DNA from: Chrysomallon squamiferum
Taxonomy: Eukaryota > Animalia > Mollusca
Length of the DNA stretch: 64,000 nt
Direction of reading: 5' to 3'
Assembly (NCBI GenBank): GCA_012295275.1
Contig: CM022670.1
Span: forward strand, 26,288,001 to 26,352,000
Each line of letters begins with the position of its first letter. Within the stretch, counting starts at the first letter, position 1. A model generated the notes under the pieces. The model was not told the DNA's origin. It was given only the letters and a program-made list of their open reading frames with translations, and ran no database searches. Below are positions 1 to 15,216 of this stretch, piece after piece. Position numbers and translations under genes: made by a program.

Positions 1-775
1 TTTAATTTCATTCTTAAATTTAAGAAATACATTTGTTTCTGTTTTTCAAAAATACATTGGTAAAATGTAATTTCTTTTACATATTACTGAACAATTTAGA
101 TTACTATTACTACAGCTATTATTATTATTATCATTCCCACTATTACTATCTAAGCTGAATTTAACTTTACAGTTCATCAGTATGTCTTATATTTCTATTA
201 CAGTAAGAATAGAAACATTACATGGATGAATTTCCAGTCCTCTCTCGCATTAGTAATAAATACAAACAGGAATATGTCAACGACTACTTAACATTATGTT
301 GGTTAAGAAAACTGATTTTATTTCTGTAAATTGCCCGAGGATTTCAGACATTACTATTAATGTCATTGATTTAATATTATCATCAGTTTTCTATGTTTTA
401 TGTTTTAAAAATGTTAAAATTAAACTATTGAGAGGAAATTACTACTACTAACTACTACTATTACTACTATTACTGCTACTATTACTACTACTACTACAAG
501 TACTACTACTACTACTTCTCATAATAATAATAATAATAATAAATCTTTGTATCGAAATGTTTCACGGAGTTGTGCAAAATAATTCTAAAAAACGAAATGG
601 AAAAAAGAAAGAAAAATTTAAATATTCACTTACATCTTTTAATATTTCAGACTTTTTACGTTTTTATGATCATCTAAGAACATAATACAATCACAGTCCC
701 TACTAGTAGTAGTAATAGCAGTAGTACTGTTATTACTATTACTACTTGTACCAGTACTTCGAGGACTAATTATAA

Positions 776-814
<39 letters not shown>

Positions 815-1148
815 AACAAATAAAATTTAAAAAAAAAAAAAAAAAAAAGAATTATCGGAACTCGCAAAAATAGTTTGAATTCCGAAGGATTCGGTTTTTA
901 AATTTAATACTTGGTTACACTCGAGCCGCATTAAACTATGATAGTTTAATAGGATTCATGCGAAAGTTCTACTTGCATTAAACAGTGATTGGTCACATCT
1001 GGTTAATGGATAACTTACATCTTGGCTGTGTTGGTGTAATGAACATTACTGTCTTTGTTATCTAGATAAAAAGTGTGATAACATATTTTGAAATTAGTAT
1101 GTTAAAAAAAATTTATTTATTTATTTTTTATTATTAATATTAATATTA

Positions 1149-1205
<57 letters not shown>

Positions 1206-2025
1206 TTCTTCTCTTTTTAACATCAGTAAATTCAGATACTTTGCTTCAAGTATAAAAAAAAATCGAACATCTAAATAGACACATGTATGCATAAACATAA
1301 TACACACAGTGTATAAAACATGAACACGCACAGTGTAATACATATTATAATACATACACACGACCGCACAGACAAACTCAAAAAAAACAAGCACAAAAAC
1401 ACGCGAGCATACACACACCAAAATTTTATTTTATTTTCATTTTTTTTTTTTTTAACAGGAATTGCTAAATGAAGTAATAATTAATCACGGTCCAGGGGAA
1501 AGGTGAATATTAATTCTGATTCTATCAGCGGATGATTAAATTATGGAACAAAACACCCCAAAACAGTTCTTTTATCTCCTGGGCAAATGGAAGCGAGCTG
1601 ACAGACATGAATTACCTTCGACAGAATGTCAACAAAAAGGTTCGCCAGATTAATGCAGAGTGCCAGCGCGAACAAATGGACCACGAAATAACTGCAGCGA
1701 AGTACGTGCTAAAAAGATGTATTAAAATGATAGGCAGAGATAAGTGACAGGGTGCTGACAGGTAGAGCGCTATTGTAATAGATGCAAGCATTAATATCCG
1801 GCCGAGGAATGCGCCAAACACTCGGCCAGAAAATTAAGTAAAGCAGACGTCACGAGCAGACGACTGCGTAAGAGTGCCAGACGGCTTGCAAACATTCTTA
1901 AAGAGTATACGTCCAGTTGGCCAGATGAAAACAGTGAATCGCAAAGCAAGAGGAGAAAACCGTTGTGAGATGTTTGAGTTAAAAGTAAAATAGTTTATTT
2001 TATTTTATTTTATTTTATCACTGAC

Positions 2026-2093
<68 letters not shown>

Positions 2094-3213
2094 TATAAAA
2101 ATATGTAATAATAATAAGAAGAAATTAAGAAGAAGAAGAAGAGGAAATAAAAAAAGAATAATAATAAAAATATATAACAAATCAGTTCATTTAAGCCTGA
2201 AAGTGCTTAAAGAAAAGGCAAAATAATTTTTTTTTTTTATTTGTTCAGTATTTTAGCGATTGTGGTTATCGCTTAACCATACGAACTGCTCACAATAGCT
2301 GAATAGTGCATCATGTTTTTAAAAGCAATAAAATTTAATGACTTTTTCACTTTTAAAGAATCTGGGGGAAAAAATTTTTTATAATAACGTTAAAACGAAA
2401 AAGTTTATTTCTAATCCGGACAGGCAACTGAATTTTACAGATAGCAAGTTTAATTATTCTCTAAAAATAAGGTGAAAATACTGCAGCAGATTTGTTTTTT
2501 TCTTCTTTATTCTTTTTTAAATTTCGAATTATAAATGTTAAAAGTGACAACACCTATCGTGTATGGAGTGAGAAAATATTGAGAGCAACTGCATTAGGAC
2601 CATATGTAATATTTCAGCGGTTTTTTTTTGTTTGTTTGTTATTGTTTCTCTTTACTTTAGTTATAGTGCTTACTTGCTGCTGAAACAGTTCACAGAACAT
2701 AAAATTAAAACGTATTTTAACCCGAAAGGACAGTATCGGAGAATCATTCTGACATACCGCTCATGAATTATTCTTACAAAATCTGAAACGTTAAAATCCG
2801 GATGTGCAGATAACTTCTGTAAATGATAAATGAAATGACATCAGCACAGTCTTTGAAGTAGATATAGATATATGATTTTTAAATATTTTTTTATTTTCTG
2901 ACTCTGTCAGCTTTCAGATTAGGTTAACACATGGTTGAGGTGTGCTGCTGTTACAGGTATTGGCAAGTTATCAGTGCATTAGTCCTGTTGGCGTTGGTTA
3001 CTAGACGTGATCGCTGGAAAGTATCGTGATAATCCGCCAGCAGGCTAGCACTGGAAACATCTGGTAGACGATTTGCTCTTGTCTTTATCTTGTTGACCGG
3101 GTGATAGAGACCAGCCTATTTCACCTTCTGATAGAACGACTTTTAAAACACTCTTATGTGCATTTTATTTTATTTTATTTTATTTTATTTTTTGCTGTTG
3201 TTATGTTTTATTT

Positions 3214-3249
<36 letters not shown>

Positions 3250-3417
3250 GAGAGAGGAAAAAATCCTTCTAGATGTCAAAACTGAAATTAAACTTTCATT
3301 GATAAAATAATAAAAATGGCAGGAAAGACAAAGAAATAGAGAGAGATAGACAGAGAGAAAGAGAGGACAGAAAGAAAGAAAAAGAAAGAGAGGAGTGAAA
3401 GAGAATGAGAACACTAA

Positions 3418-3456
<39 letters not shown>

Positions 3457-4139
3457 CAGACAGACAGAAAGAAAAATACAAAAATTGATAAAGAATCAGA
3501 AAGTGAAACAGAGAGAAGTATGTGAAAAAGGGGCTGCAATAAAAAAAAAAAAAAGAAAGAGAGAGCGAAAAAGGAGTGGAGGAAGAAAGAAGAAATCTTG
3601 TTTTTGACTTTGTGCTGTGAAATGGTTATTGATTACACAGACGTCTTTTCCAGGCAGTTCAGTATCAGACTGCGGAGTGTGATTAGATAGAGTGCACACA
3701 TTTATTGAATATACGACTTAATGACTGTCAGAAGTACTCGATAAGTTGTACAACTCGGCAGTAAATAAGACATCGTGGAGGGCTTCAAGTACGCCAGATT
3801 GATATAGTAGTTATTGTTCCAAAATCCCGTTTGTCACATTACTCGACAAACGTCACGCGCGTAGTACGAAGACGTTGTATATTAGCTGTCGTAACGGTGG
3901 CCGTCACTGCCAGTGTAAACAAGCCGTCGTCGGCCAGCGTGGGTCACGCCGATGACAAACAGGACATTACGAATTGATTTCCAGTTTGTAATCAGACCTC
4001 AAGCAGACATTTTTAAATTTGTTTCTCACGTCACAGTCTTAGTGTGGGTCTTAGTGCAGTATTTTTAAATCTTGTATATATGTGTTTATATGTATAAAAA
4101 TAACGTCATTAAAGAATACAGGCGAAGATATAATGATGT

Positions 4140-4246
<107 letters not shown>

Positions 4247-4417
4247 GCATATCTTCAAGAGAACATTATAATATAATATAGAGAAAAAATGTATATACAC
4301 ATAATATAAATATACAAATATACATACACACATGCACGAATACATGTTTACGTGCTTGCATACATACATACATACATATACTTACACACACAGACATACA
4401 CACACTCACACACACAG

Positions 4418-4454
<37 letters not shown>

Positions 4455-5687
4455 CATAAATGTACAAACGTAAACACAATTAAACTTGTGAAACATTATA
4501 TAACAGAAACAAAAAGAATCCAAAATATATAAACAGTGGAATTTTGTTATATATACATAAACCTCTCTAGCAAATATATATATACAGTTATGCTATGCTC
4601 AGTTATATATTTGCTAAAGAGGTTTATGTATATATATATATAAAAACATTCCACTATAACTGAACATAACAAAACTATGTATATTAAGGTTGTAGAGAAC
4701 AGCGGGTCAGGTTTTTGTTAACAGGGACTGTCACAATAAATTAGCCAGTGTGTTTTTTCTACATGTACTAATTACATGTTTTATGACACACTTGGCAGTG
4801 GAAGAACAAAGTTTATCTCACATGTTCTTTTAAGTGCTCTATATGTGCTGACACAACAAAAAGAAATAATAAAATAAACTGAAGTAAAATTTCAGATGAA
4901 AGCAGAAAAGGATTATGCGGCGCAATTTAATATATCATACTTGCTCCACCCTAGTTTCAAGCATAGTTCTATTGTTTTTGAAATATATGACTGTGACATA
5001 ATTAATAAAAATTGTTTAGGTGGACTGTCTGAACACATTACCTCTTATATGTTGTTTATCGAAATAATAATTAAAGTTCTTGGTAACTGTAAGAGGTTTT
5101 ATCAGTAAGATTATGAAACGTATACAGAGCCTATATTCACAACCTAAGAGAACTTTTGTTAAGTTTTAATGGTAAAATTTAAGAACTGTCTAAGTCGACA
5201 TATCGCTCCATATGAAAACAAATATACATATAAATACATATAAATAGTTTAAGATAAACTGTCTGGTTTATAAAAATAACTAAAATATTTGGAAATATGT
5301 CGTTGTGTGATTTCATGCTCAGTTTTGGTTTAAAGTGACTGAATGAGAGATAATATTACGCCCGTGTATAAATGAAACTCGATACACTAAGCATGTATTA
5401 TGCTAAACAAGGTGGCGGCAATACGTATAAACTGAATATATCAGATCCCAAACTATACACACCAGTCTAAAGAATGTTAAGGTTTGGGAAAGTAGTTACA
5501 TCACTAAAAGCCATATACCAGACTAACGTCTATGATATATTTAAATTATTAAAAATATTAAACTTCAGTAAAAGAAGACATGAATACACATACAGAAAAT
5601 ATATCTCAAACTGGATATCTATCTATCTGTCTGTTTGTCTGTCTCTGTATCTCATTTTGATTACCTGCCTGCCGTTATGTGTGTATT

Positions 5688-5721
<34 letters not shown>

Positions 5722-5859
5722 TGTATGTATGTATGTATGTATGTATGTATGTATGTATGTATGTATGTATGTGTGTGTGTGTGTGTCTTTGTGTGTGTCT
5801 GTGTGTGTCTACATGTCTCTTCGGGTGTATGTGTATATGGATATACATGCTAAAGCATA

Positions 5860-5976
<117 letters not shown>

Positions 5977-6558
5977 ATGTTTGTCAGTCTCTATCGTTTT
6001 TCAAATAAAATGAACAAGTTTGAATCCAAAACGAGCAAGTTACCATTTACAAAACTGAAGGCCAGCGAAGACACGAATATCAGACGAGAAATCACAGAGG
6101 ACTGATATCGCAGGAAGGTAATATGAGTTAATTTCACACACTGGTTCAAGTTCGTGTCGAGTTCAGGCGTTTTGAAAGGAGGTGTCACAGGCGCAACAGA
6201 TGGCCTGTTAAACATTTCAATACGTCGATCATAGTGCACGCCGCCCAACAAACAGCAGCAGTTTGACAAATGACTATTTGATCAACAAACCCAAGGTTAT
6301 TATTGACGAAACGACGTTTAAATCGCTTTAATATTTGCATTTATTCACTGTACATATAACAGGCGTATTATTATGCTGGAGAGAGATCGCGAGTGTGGCT
6401 TTGAAATCAGTTCCTGTGGGTTATTAATTAATTTAAGCTTTTCTTTGTGTCTGTCGCGGCTCTCACTGATGAATATTAAATAGATTCGTTCAGTAGTTTT
6501 GACGCCACATTTGTCAGCAATTTTCTTTATATCCACAATAATATGAATAACAGTAATA

Positions 6559-6622
<64 letters not shown>

Positions 6623-7684
6623 GAAATGATGATGATGATTATGATAATGATAAATCTGAAATGTTTGTTTTATATACCAAACAATGTTCGCATTTGACAT
6701 ATTAACCAGAAATGTTTAAGGTCTGTGTGAATTCTGACTTCTTTTATATTCTCGAATTGGTGAGAGTGAATTGTAAGAGATTTTCTTTCATATGCACAAT
6801 GAACGAATAATTATATAAAACTTTATAAACATTATAACAATGAAGATTTTCAAAATTCAGTCACAGGTTTCTAACGTAATGAAAACACGAGGAAATATGT
6901 AAACAGCAATAATAATTAATTTATATCAGACTTCCCATACACAGGAGCTCACAGATAAACAATAAACAAATCACAGACTCAGGCTAGAATGGTAATACGC
7001 GTCGCAGAGAGCACTAAGACGGTTAGACCCAGCAGCCTGTTGTGTCTTAATCCTGGAATTTAACCACTAGTTTCTGCCCTGCCCTGTAAAACAACACATT
7101 TTTGGAAATATCATGCAAATAATCCATCAATATTCTTACTGATATCACTTTCAGTTTAAAACGTATCAAGAAGAATGGTGCACAGTAACGACTACAACAG
7201 AGAAATCTATTTAAGAAACGTCTTTCACTGTGTATTAATCAACAAAATTACGTTCTGACAGACTTTTGGCTAAGATAATGTATATTTATATTTCGTTACA
7301 CTTTTATTAAAAGGAAATCGTCTCAACACATTAATTGCCAACCTTCCGTTTTTTCTTGACTTGCAGGGTGGTTAAAGGAAACCATAAACTGAAAACTGAC
7401 AAACATTAGTGACGGGTGCATTTTCTGTATTAATAGAAGAACCATTAATTTTTACAGCAAGACGGAATTTTTTTTTTTCTAAAAGCGCCAATCATACTTA
7501 GTTAATGGATAAGTTGGATTAAATGATAAAAGACACTATTATTAACTGCACCTGTTTATCTGTTCTCTACAATAACTGTGATATATAAAAAGAAATTTAT
7601 TTAGCACACATACAGCATAAATAAATATATAATGAACACCTTTAATTACTGTTATGTATTATTTATTTCTGTCGTTTGCTGAGT

Positions 7685-7763
<79 letters not shown>

Positions 7764-7778
7764 TTGTCTATGTCTCTA

Positions 7779-7812
<34 letters not shown>

Positions 7813-8272
7813 TATCAGAATGTAACAAAAATCAGAATGTAGGTGAAAAGGTAAAGGTCAGATTTGCCCGAGGTATTCGTTGTGAGTTTTTGATTGTATT
7901 ATAATCAAACTGGCCTTTAACCAAGGTATGTATAGATACCTATTTTCACAGACCGATATCCACAATATTAATAACAATACGTTAACCTATTAATATAACA
8001 CCGAAAAGCTATGTCTGCTATACATAAATGACTATATTACATTATTATAATGATGAAAATTATAGGACAGTATTTTAAACAGTTTTGTTATTTTAATCAA
8101 ACTGCATCGGTTCTAGCTGTGTCCAGTGTTTACATGTCAATACCCAGAGTCTAGTCTCTCGTATCGATCCGGCCAATGTTATGACGGCAGCTCTCGACAA
8201 TAAGATCAAACGGAAAATACGCGCAGCATGAAACTTGAAGTCATTTTAAAAACGGAGGGAATTTTTTAGATG

Positions 8273-8305
<33 letters not shown>

Positions 8306-8367
8306 ATAATGTTTACAACAAAGAAGTAAATAATGAACATTAATTTAAGTAATTCAAAAAAACAATG

Positions 8368-8401
<34 letters not shown>

Positions 8402-8479
8402 CACCCTAAGCCTTCAACACGTAATTCGTTTTTGACAAGCCGTTGAAACAGCAGCATCCCTATCTTAGAAAAAACCTAC

Positions 8480-8704
8480 CTCAAAGCGGAGATTTCCAAC
8501 AGGTGCTCGAGCGTAGGGAATTCCGAGATACTTCTCAACTTCTTCCTTGTTGTGAACTCTTTCCACGAAGCCCCGCACGCGTCCGAACTTCGTGTTCCTG
8601 TCGACGGAATATCCTCTAGAATGATGATGTCGCACACACGTGCAATCCATGACAACCAAGTAGAAGACACACACGTGTAAAGTCCTCACTGACGCGATCC
8701 CCAT
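8480..8704 (-). CDS. Gene A exon 1: carboxylesterase/cholinesterase/neuroligin-family protein N-terminus (rest of gene left of window)
   Basis: ATG at 8704, hydrophobic signal-like stretch, then family motif TKFGRVRG...[17 protein letters not shown]; phase-0 donor GAG|GTAGGT at the same position as exon 1 of B and C. No exon-2 homologue (PPAC...EDCLYLNIY) seen in 1-8479. Confidence 0.85.
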
Positions 8705-9180
8705 TTTGTTTCCCGCGGATCGCTGACAGACGCGGCTAAGTGTTGATATCTCGTCGAGAATAAAATAATAATAAAAAAAAAAATAATGTATGAAAACCCT
8801 CTGTTATTAAGATTTTACCTTCCGAACACGCGGCATAAAGACACGTCAAGCATACTTGGATCGAACCCCAAATGTAAAAAATACACTCTTAAAGTTTTCT
8901 CTCGTTGAAGATACTTAAACTTGGAAAAATAAAGTTTATCGCTTATTCTAATAGTCCTGTTTTAAATGTATATAATATTATTGCCAGAAAATACAGGAAA
9001 GTTTTGGTATTGTTTTCGTCATTATCTTTTCTTGTTGAAACCAGAAGAAATAACGAATTTCCTTAGCAATTCAGGTGACCACGTCAGACTAAGGTGCCAA
9101 TAGAATAGGTTGCCGGTAAGTATGTAGAAAAACAAAACCGTCTTCAAAGTATTATCAGATTGTATCCATATCCCCCATGA

Positions 9181-9211
9181 GGGCGGAGTCAGACGCAAAG
9201 TGGGCGGGGCG
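9181..9211. promoter_or_regulatory. Two GC boxes (Sp/KLF-like) upstream of gene A
   Basis: GGGCGGAGTC at 9181 and TGGGCGGGGC at 9201 in a locally GC-richer patch about 480 bp upstream of the gene A ATG. Confidence 0.4.
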
Positions 9212-9519
9212 AATGTCACATGGTACAATTCACGTAGATGTGAGCCTCCATGAATGAAGAATGAAACAAGTTAGCGTTCCAAGTGAGTAAACTTTGTTCC
9301 CTCGTGCTGAGCTTTGCGGTGGCAGGGCTGGTGGCTGCTATCACTGTTCACACACAGAGCACGAAATGTCGTCTAGCGCCAGCGAATAGGAAACACACCT
9401 GAACACCTTTTGTTGTCAACGTAAATCCAATACGCGTTAATACCGCCGAGGTTTTCCCCCTGTAACTCATGACAGTTAGAACCTTTGTTCAGTAATATCA
9501 ACCTTTTTATATAGTGTAC

Positions 9520-9635
<116 letters not shown>

Positions 9636-9724
9636 GTCTTTCTTTCTCTCTCGTGAATATATATATAACGCATGTATATTTGTATGTTTGCTTGTATATG
9701 GATTTTTATATAACGTGTATTCAT

Positions 9725-9799
<75 letters not shown>

Positions 9800-12424
9800 A
9801 GAACAACAACAACAACAACAACAAAAACAATATGCAACTACTATATATTTATGCAGACTTTCACCTAGATGAGAATTAGGCATGTACTAAATTTCATTTA
9901 AATTATTTAACATAACTGAAATTTCATTCAAGCATGTTTTAGGAATCTTAAATCTTCATGCTGGCAGTATTCAAGACTTTAAAACTTAAAAGAAATGATT
10001 ACTTAAATGTTTCAAGTCGCGTGGACTCACCCCCCGGGCTTGATACATCTCTTAGGATGTTGCCGCCTTCACAAACAAACGTCATTAATCATTAGAGAAA
10101 CTTAATTAAGTTAAATAAATATAAGCAGAACTGTTTGCCGGTACAAAAGACTTAACCTACGAGACTTAATTAAGTACTAACGAGAAGAACAGGGGAATTA
10201 ATTTCAAAAGAAAAACCAAACAATGGAAAAAGAGCTTGAAAAACAAAGCACAGCTTAATTTTCAAAACATGAGTGAAAAATGTATAATGTCGTTTTTAAT
10301 TAAGTATGCAATGCATCTGCTATCTTCACCTGAAAAGATTTCAACGTGTTTTGTAATTTTTAGAAAATACAACAATTATTAATGGATTGTTAGGAACGAA
10401 TCGGTGAAATTTTGCACTCATTTTGAAAAAGCTGTAGGTTTAAGAATTAATACATAAATGAATTAAGATTACTGCACGCAGTTAGAAAACACATTAATAA
10501 CGAATAGGCCTGTCGACAACATATAAATGTATGAATTTAGAAAACTTTCAGTTAGTGCTATTTAAAATGAATAAATTATCCTTTTTGATTAATTATATTC
10601 AACAAACTTATGGATTTTAAACTATTTTAGTTTTAGTGTGCTAATCAGAGTAAAAAAGAACTTCTTGTTTATATTAGTACGAGACCGTGCTAGAAATCAG
10701 TCTGTGTAGAATTTGTACACTTGCTCAGTACAGACGAGAAACCTTCATAATTAAATTAGGCAAGTGAAAGTTAAAAAATAATAATAATAAAATTAAACAA
10801 ATAAATAAATAAAAATAATAAAAAATTAAAAAAAAAAAAAAAAAAAACGAAAAAAAAAAAAAAAAAAAAAAAAATTAAAAAGAAAGAAAGAAAGAAAGAA
10901 ATAGCTGTAAGAGATCGGATGTTTCCTCAGGTTATAAGTGATTTTAGTCAAACTTTATTATCAGCAAATGTTTTGTGTTAAGTGTAACATAAACAATGAC
11001 ATGGAAGTAAATATAATGCATTTTATCTGTTCTTATACATCTTTAACAGTTAACAGATTTGTAAAATACAAAATGAAGCATCTATAATTGTTATATTTAC
11101 TAATAAAACTGACTGACTGTCATCATTTCTTTCTTAAGTCATTTAATTTTTATTTCATTTAATTTGTTTATTTCTTTGTTATCGAATGTTTTGAAATTCG
11201 AATAATAATTTGCTTTCCATCATTAGCTGTCTTTTTTTTTTTTTCAAATTCGTTTATTTGTTTGTTTGATTATTTGTATATTTATTTAGCTTAACTATTC
11301 AACTAGCAATCTGCATGCGTGCAGCCTCGCTGTGAACTAACTTACGATGCTTCACCACTGCAGCTGCTGTTCCTGCCTAAATTACTCAAGGTAAGTAACT
11401 CTGACGTCTTCGATCTCGACTCGCCAGTTTTTATCTGGAGCAAAACGAACATCTAAACGACGGCAAAAGAAAGAGCCTTGCTAGCCCATAAGTAAGCGGC
11501 ACTGGACAAGCTAATGGTTTTCTAACTGCGTGAAGATGATATAAAGCACACTTCATCAACGCACCGCAAACAGATTAACGAGACAGCTACGAGACCAAGC
11601 AAGATAGCTTGGTTTGAAATAAATGATCAATTGATCAGAAAATCCTCATCAACGACCTAACTGTTTAATGTTAGCAGTTCGTCTGTACATACGTGACAGT
11701 CGTGCATCTATACGTCCGAAAAATTTCAGTAGTATTAGCAATAATTATTACTAGCAAGAGAAGAGGGTTCAATAACCGGACGTCTGCTTTATAGGCTACA
11801 GGCATAAAAGAGAAGCAGACGTTCACTGGCAATAGTTATGCGAGAGCAATGTACCTAAACACATTCGATCAGATTATCGACAGCAACCATCTCAGATTTA
11901 AGAACCACGAAACCCGCTAGACAACAGTTTGAATATATTGCGTATTATAGTGTCTGCAATCCAGTCAAACTTGCATTGAGAAAATTCAAAATGTAACATA
12001 ATAATAAGAAATATTTAACCGTATTTATCAATAGATAAGCATGCAGTATTAAATAACTGAGAAATATACGCGCCTGTAACAATATATATACATTTTTTTT
12101 TTTGAACATTTATAATTGTAAAGGATAAGAGAATGTAATTTGCTATAATGAAGGATAATCTGAATTATTATTATGGCACTGTTATAACTGATATTATTCT
12201 ATTTTTCTCTGTCATTGTAACTTTGGTGACATTAATTTGCTCAAAATTTGATACAAACCCACACTATTTTAATTCTCGGTATCAGTATGGATAAAACAAC
12301 ACAGATTTTAAATGGTTACTCATGTAACCTTCTTGCTAATAAATAATTTAAAAAAGTAGAATAATGGTAATACTATAAGACTTCCATTAGCAATAGTAGT
12401 AATGGTAGTAGTAAAACGCTTGTG

Positions 12425-12460
<36 letters not shown>

Positions 12461-13370
12461 ATAATAGAGGTAGTGATAACAATAGTAGCGGTGGTAACAA
12501 TATTTTGAAGAAAAGCAAATAGAAAGTGTATAAATATAATTTTAGTATTATTGGTAGCGATAGTAGTAGTATTAGAATAAATAAGTAGTAACAATAGTAG
12601 TCGAAATAACAGTAGTAGCAAGAGTAGTGCTGGCAATAACAGTAGTAGTAATAGTAGTGCTGGCAGTAGTAGTAGCACTAGCAGTTGTAGTAGTAATAGT
12701 AATAGTACTAACAGTAACAAAGGGTTTACTAGTACTAACAATACTGACTGATTTAGAAGTAATAGTAGCAGAAACAGTAAATAGCTGGTCTAATACTAAA
12801 AATTATAAAATGCACGACAATTGTGGAATTTTCGTTAATTTGTGAACTCAGACCAGACGTGAGCCTCCCGGTCACGGACAGAGTTCAAGCCTCGGTTCGA
12901 AAAATTCTTAAATTGTACCAGCTAATGAATATATTTACGTTGTGTTCGTCACGACTACTACAACATCGCGGAAAAACAAATCGTAGTAACATAGTATTTC
13001 TGCGAGCAGATTGATCCCGTGCTATTTACGGCACATCGATGCACTTCAAACGAACTAAATCAAGAAGCAGACTGGTTTAAATTGATCGTCTGCGTTCAGT
13101 CAGCATCGAAAACCGCAAGCTTCGTGTTGTGGAACGTTGCTGACCTTTGTTTTGCGGTTGGACAGACCCGGGGGACATTCAAAGCGTGCTGGCAATGATT
13201 TTTCAAGACGAAACTTCGGTATCGCCTTTTCGCGGCTACAAATATGTCTTGTGTTTTGTTTAAGGCAAAGAGCAACCTTTGATATTTTCTTTGCTTCATG
13301 ACGTAGTTCAGTGTTGTTGTCATTCCAGTGTTTACGTCGAATGATGTCCATGATAATGATGATCATGGTG

Positions 13371-13416
<46 letters not shown>

Positions 13417-15155
13417 CATAAATAAAGCAGCATTTGTAGTTCATGGTACCAGTAGAAGTAATAGTAATAGTAGTAGTAGTAGTAATAGCAGTAGAGGTAG
13501 CAGAAGCAGAAGTAGCAGCAGTAGTAGTAATAATCAGTCTCAATAACGGGAGACTCAATAAAGAATAATTTATTTATATAGTCGTTATTAAACATCGTGT
13601 TCTTAACATGAAAATATTTTCACTTCCTTTGAAAGATTTTTGTTTTGCTTCCTGCGAGGGCGGGTGCATAACGAAAGACTGATGATAATTTTCGAACGTT
13701 GTACACAAGTATTATTATTTTCACTAAACATTTATACAAATGTATTGCTATCGCTGCCGTTGTTGTTACTTTACAGATGTTGTTGTCGCTTCCGTCTCTT
13801 TGTCAGTCTGACATGAATATATTTATCGGAAAACTGATGACACAAGCGATCGTCATACGTGAAGGGCTGTTTACTACATAATCTGTACTTTTCACGAGTT
13901 CTTCATTAGTTTCAGACAGACTGTTATTATTAACTTTGACAGATTCAACCGTGTCTAGTTACAACCTTATTGACTGAAAATCAGTAATTAAAGTCAGGTA
14001 AACCAAAAATAGGTCCTATTCAGGAAGCACGGTATTTACTAATTATCAGTATACCTACCTATTTATCTACCTATAAATTACGAGCTTCTGTCTGTCTGTC
14101 AGACAGTCTATTTATATCATCTACACTGTTTCTGTTGTATTATGTGCTGATTATGTATTTGTATGTATGTATTTCTTTTTCTTTCCCTCTCCCCACTTTG
14201 GAATCTCTTCAAGGAATACCACCAACCTTAAAGTTTAATCCGGCACCTTTGATAATATCTACGTTTAAATTAATTACATAAAATGTTTTGCTTATTTGAA
14301 GTTTAAATATTTGAATATATAATTCTGTCAATTTGTACTGATTTTTTTGTTTATGTCTCATTTTACATTTTCATAAATAATAATAAGAAACAAAATTAAA
14401 AATAAAAAGGAAAAGGAAAAGAAAAGAAAAAAAGAAAATACATTTTAAAAACATGTTTTTTATCTACATATTCAAAAAAAAAAAACACACCCCCCAAAAA
14501 AAAATACATTGAGGGGTATTAATTTTCGTTTCGTTTTACTATTCTAGTTTCCTTTTTAAAGACAAAAATCACCGAAGCATGAAAGTCAGTTTTTCTGTAA
14601 TTATTGTAAACATGACGAAAGCGAAAAAAAAAAAAAACAAGAATGAAAAAAAAAAAAAAAATCGGTCGTCTGCTTCTCATTATCATCAATTTTTTCTGTA
14701 ATTCCTTGCCAAGCAACTTCGCATTTGTAACGTAAATGTCGATAACTCGAACAGTACCTCTATATTTACTGTCCGAGGTGTCTGTCTGTGTGTGTCTGCG
14801 TTAATCTTGACGTGAAATCTCCTCACTCGCTTAATTCAAAAAGTGTAAAAAAAAAAAAAAAAAAAATGATAACAGAATGTTATATAATTTGAAGTGTAGA
14901 GAAAATATTTTTCTAATGCAGCCTGGCTGAGTCGTGTGTTTTATCTTTGACATCGATATTAATTGAAACTGCTGAATTTTCAAAACGTTCGACGTATAAT
15001 TTACCGTATCCTTGAAACTTAAGTAGATTTCCTCGTCGTTGTTTACGACTGACATTAATTAAAATATTTAACAAATGTTTGTATGACAAACGAGACACAT
15101 GCCAAGCATAAATCAATACTTATAATAATAATAAAAATAATAAATAAAAATCCCA

Positions 15156-15216
<61 letters not shown>

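Noticed and set aside
1532-1747. 71-aa plus-strand ORF in a GC-richer island
   Set aside because: No recognisable motif or splice context; kept only as part of a possible non-coding island.
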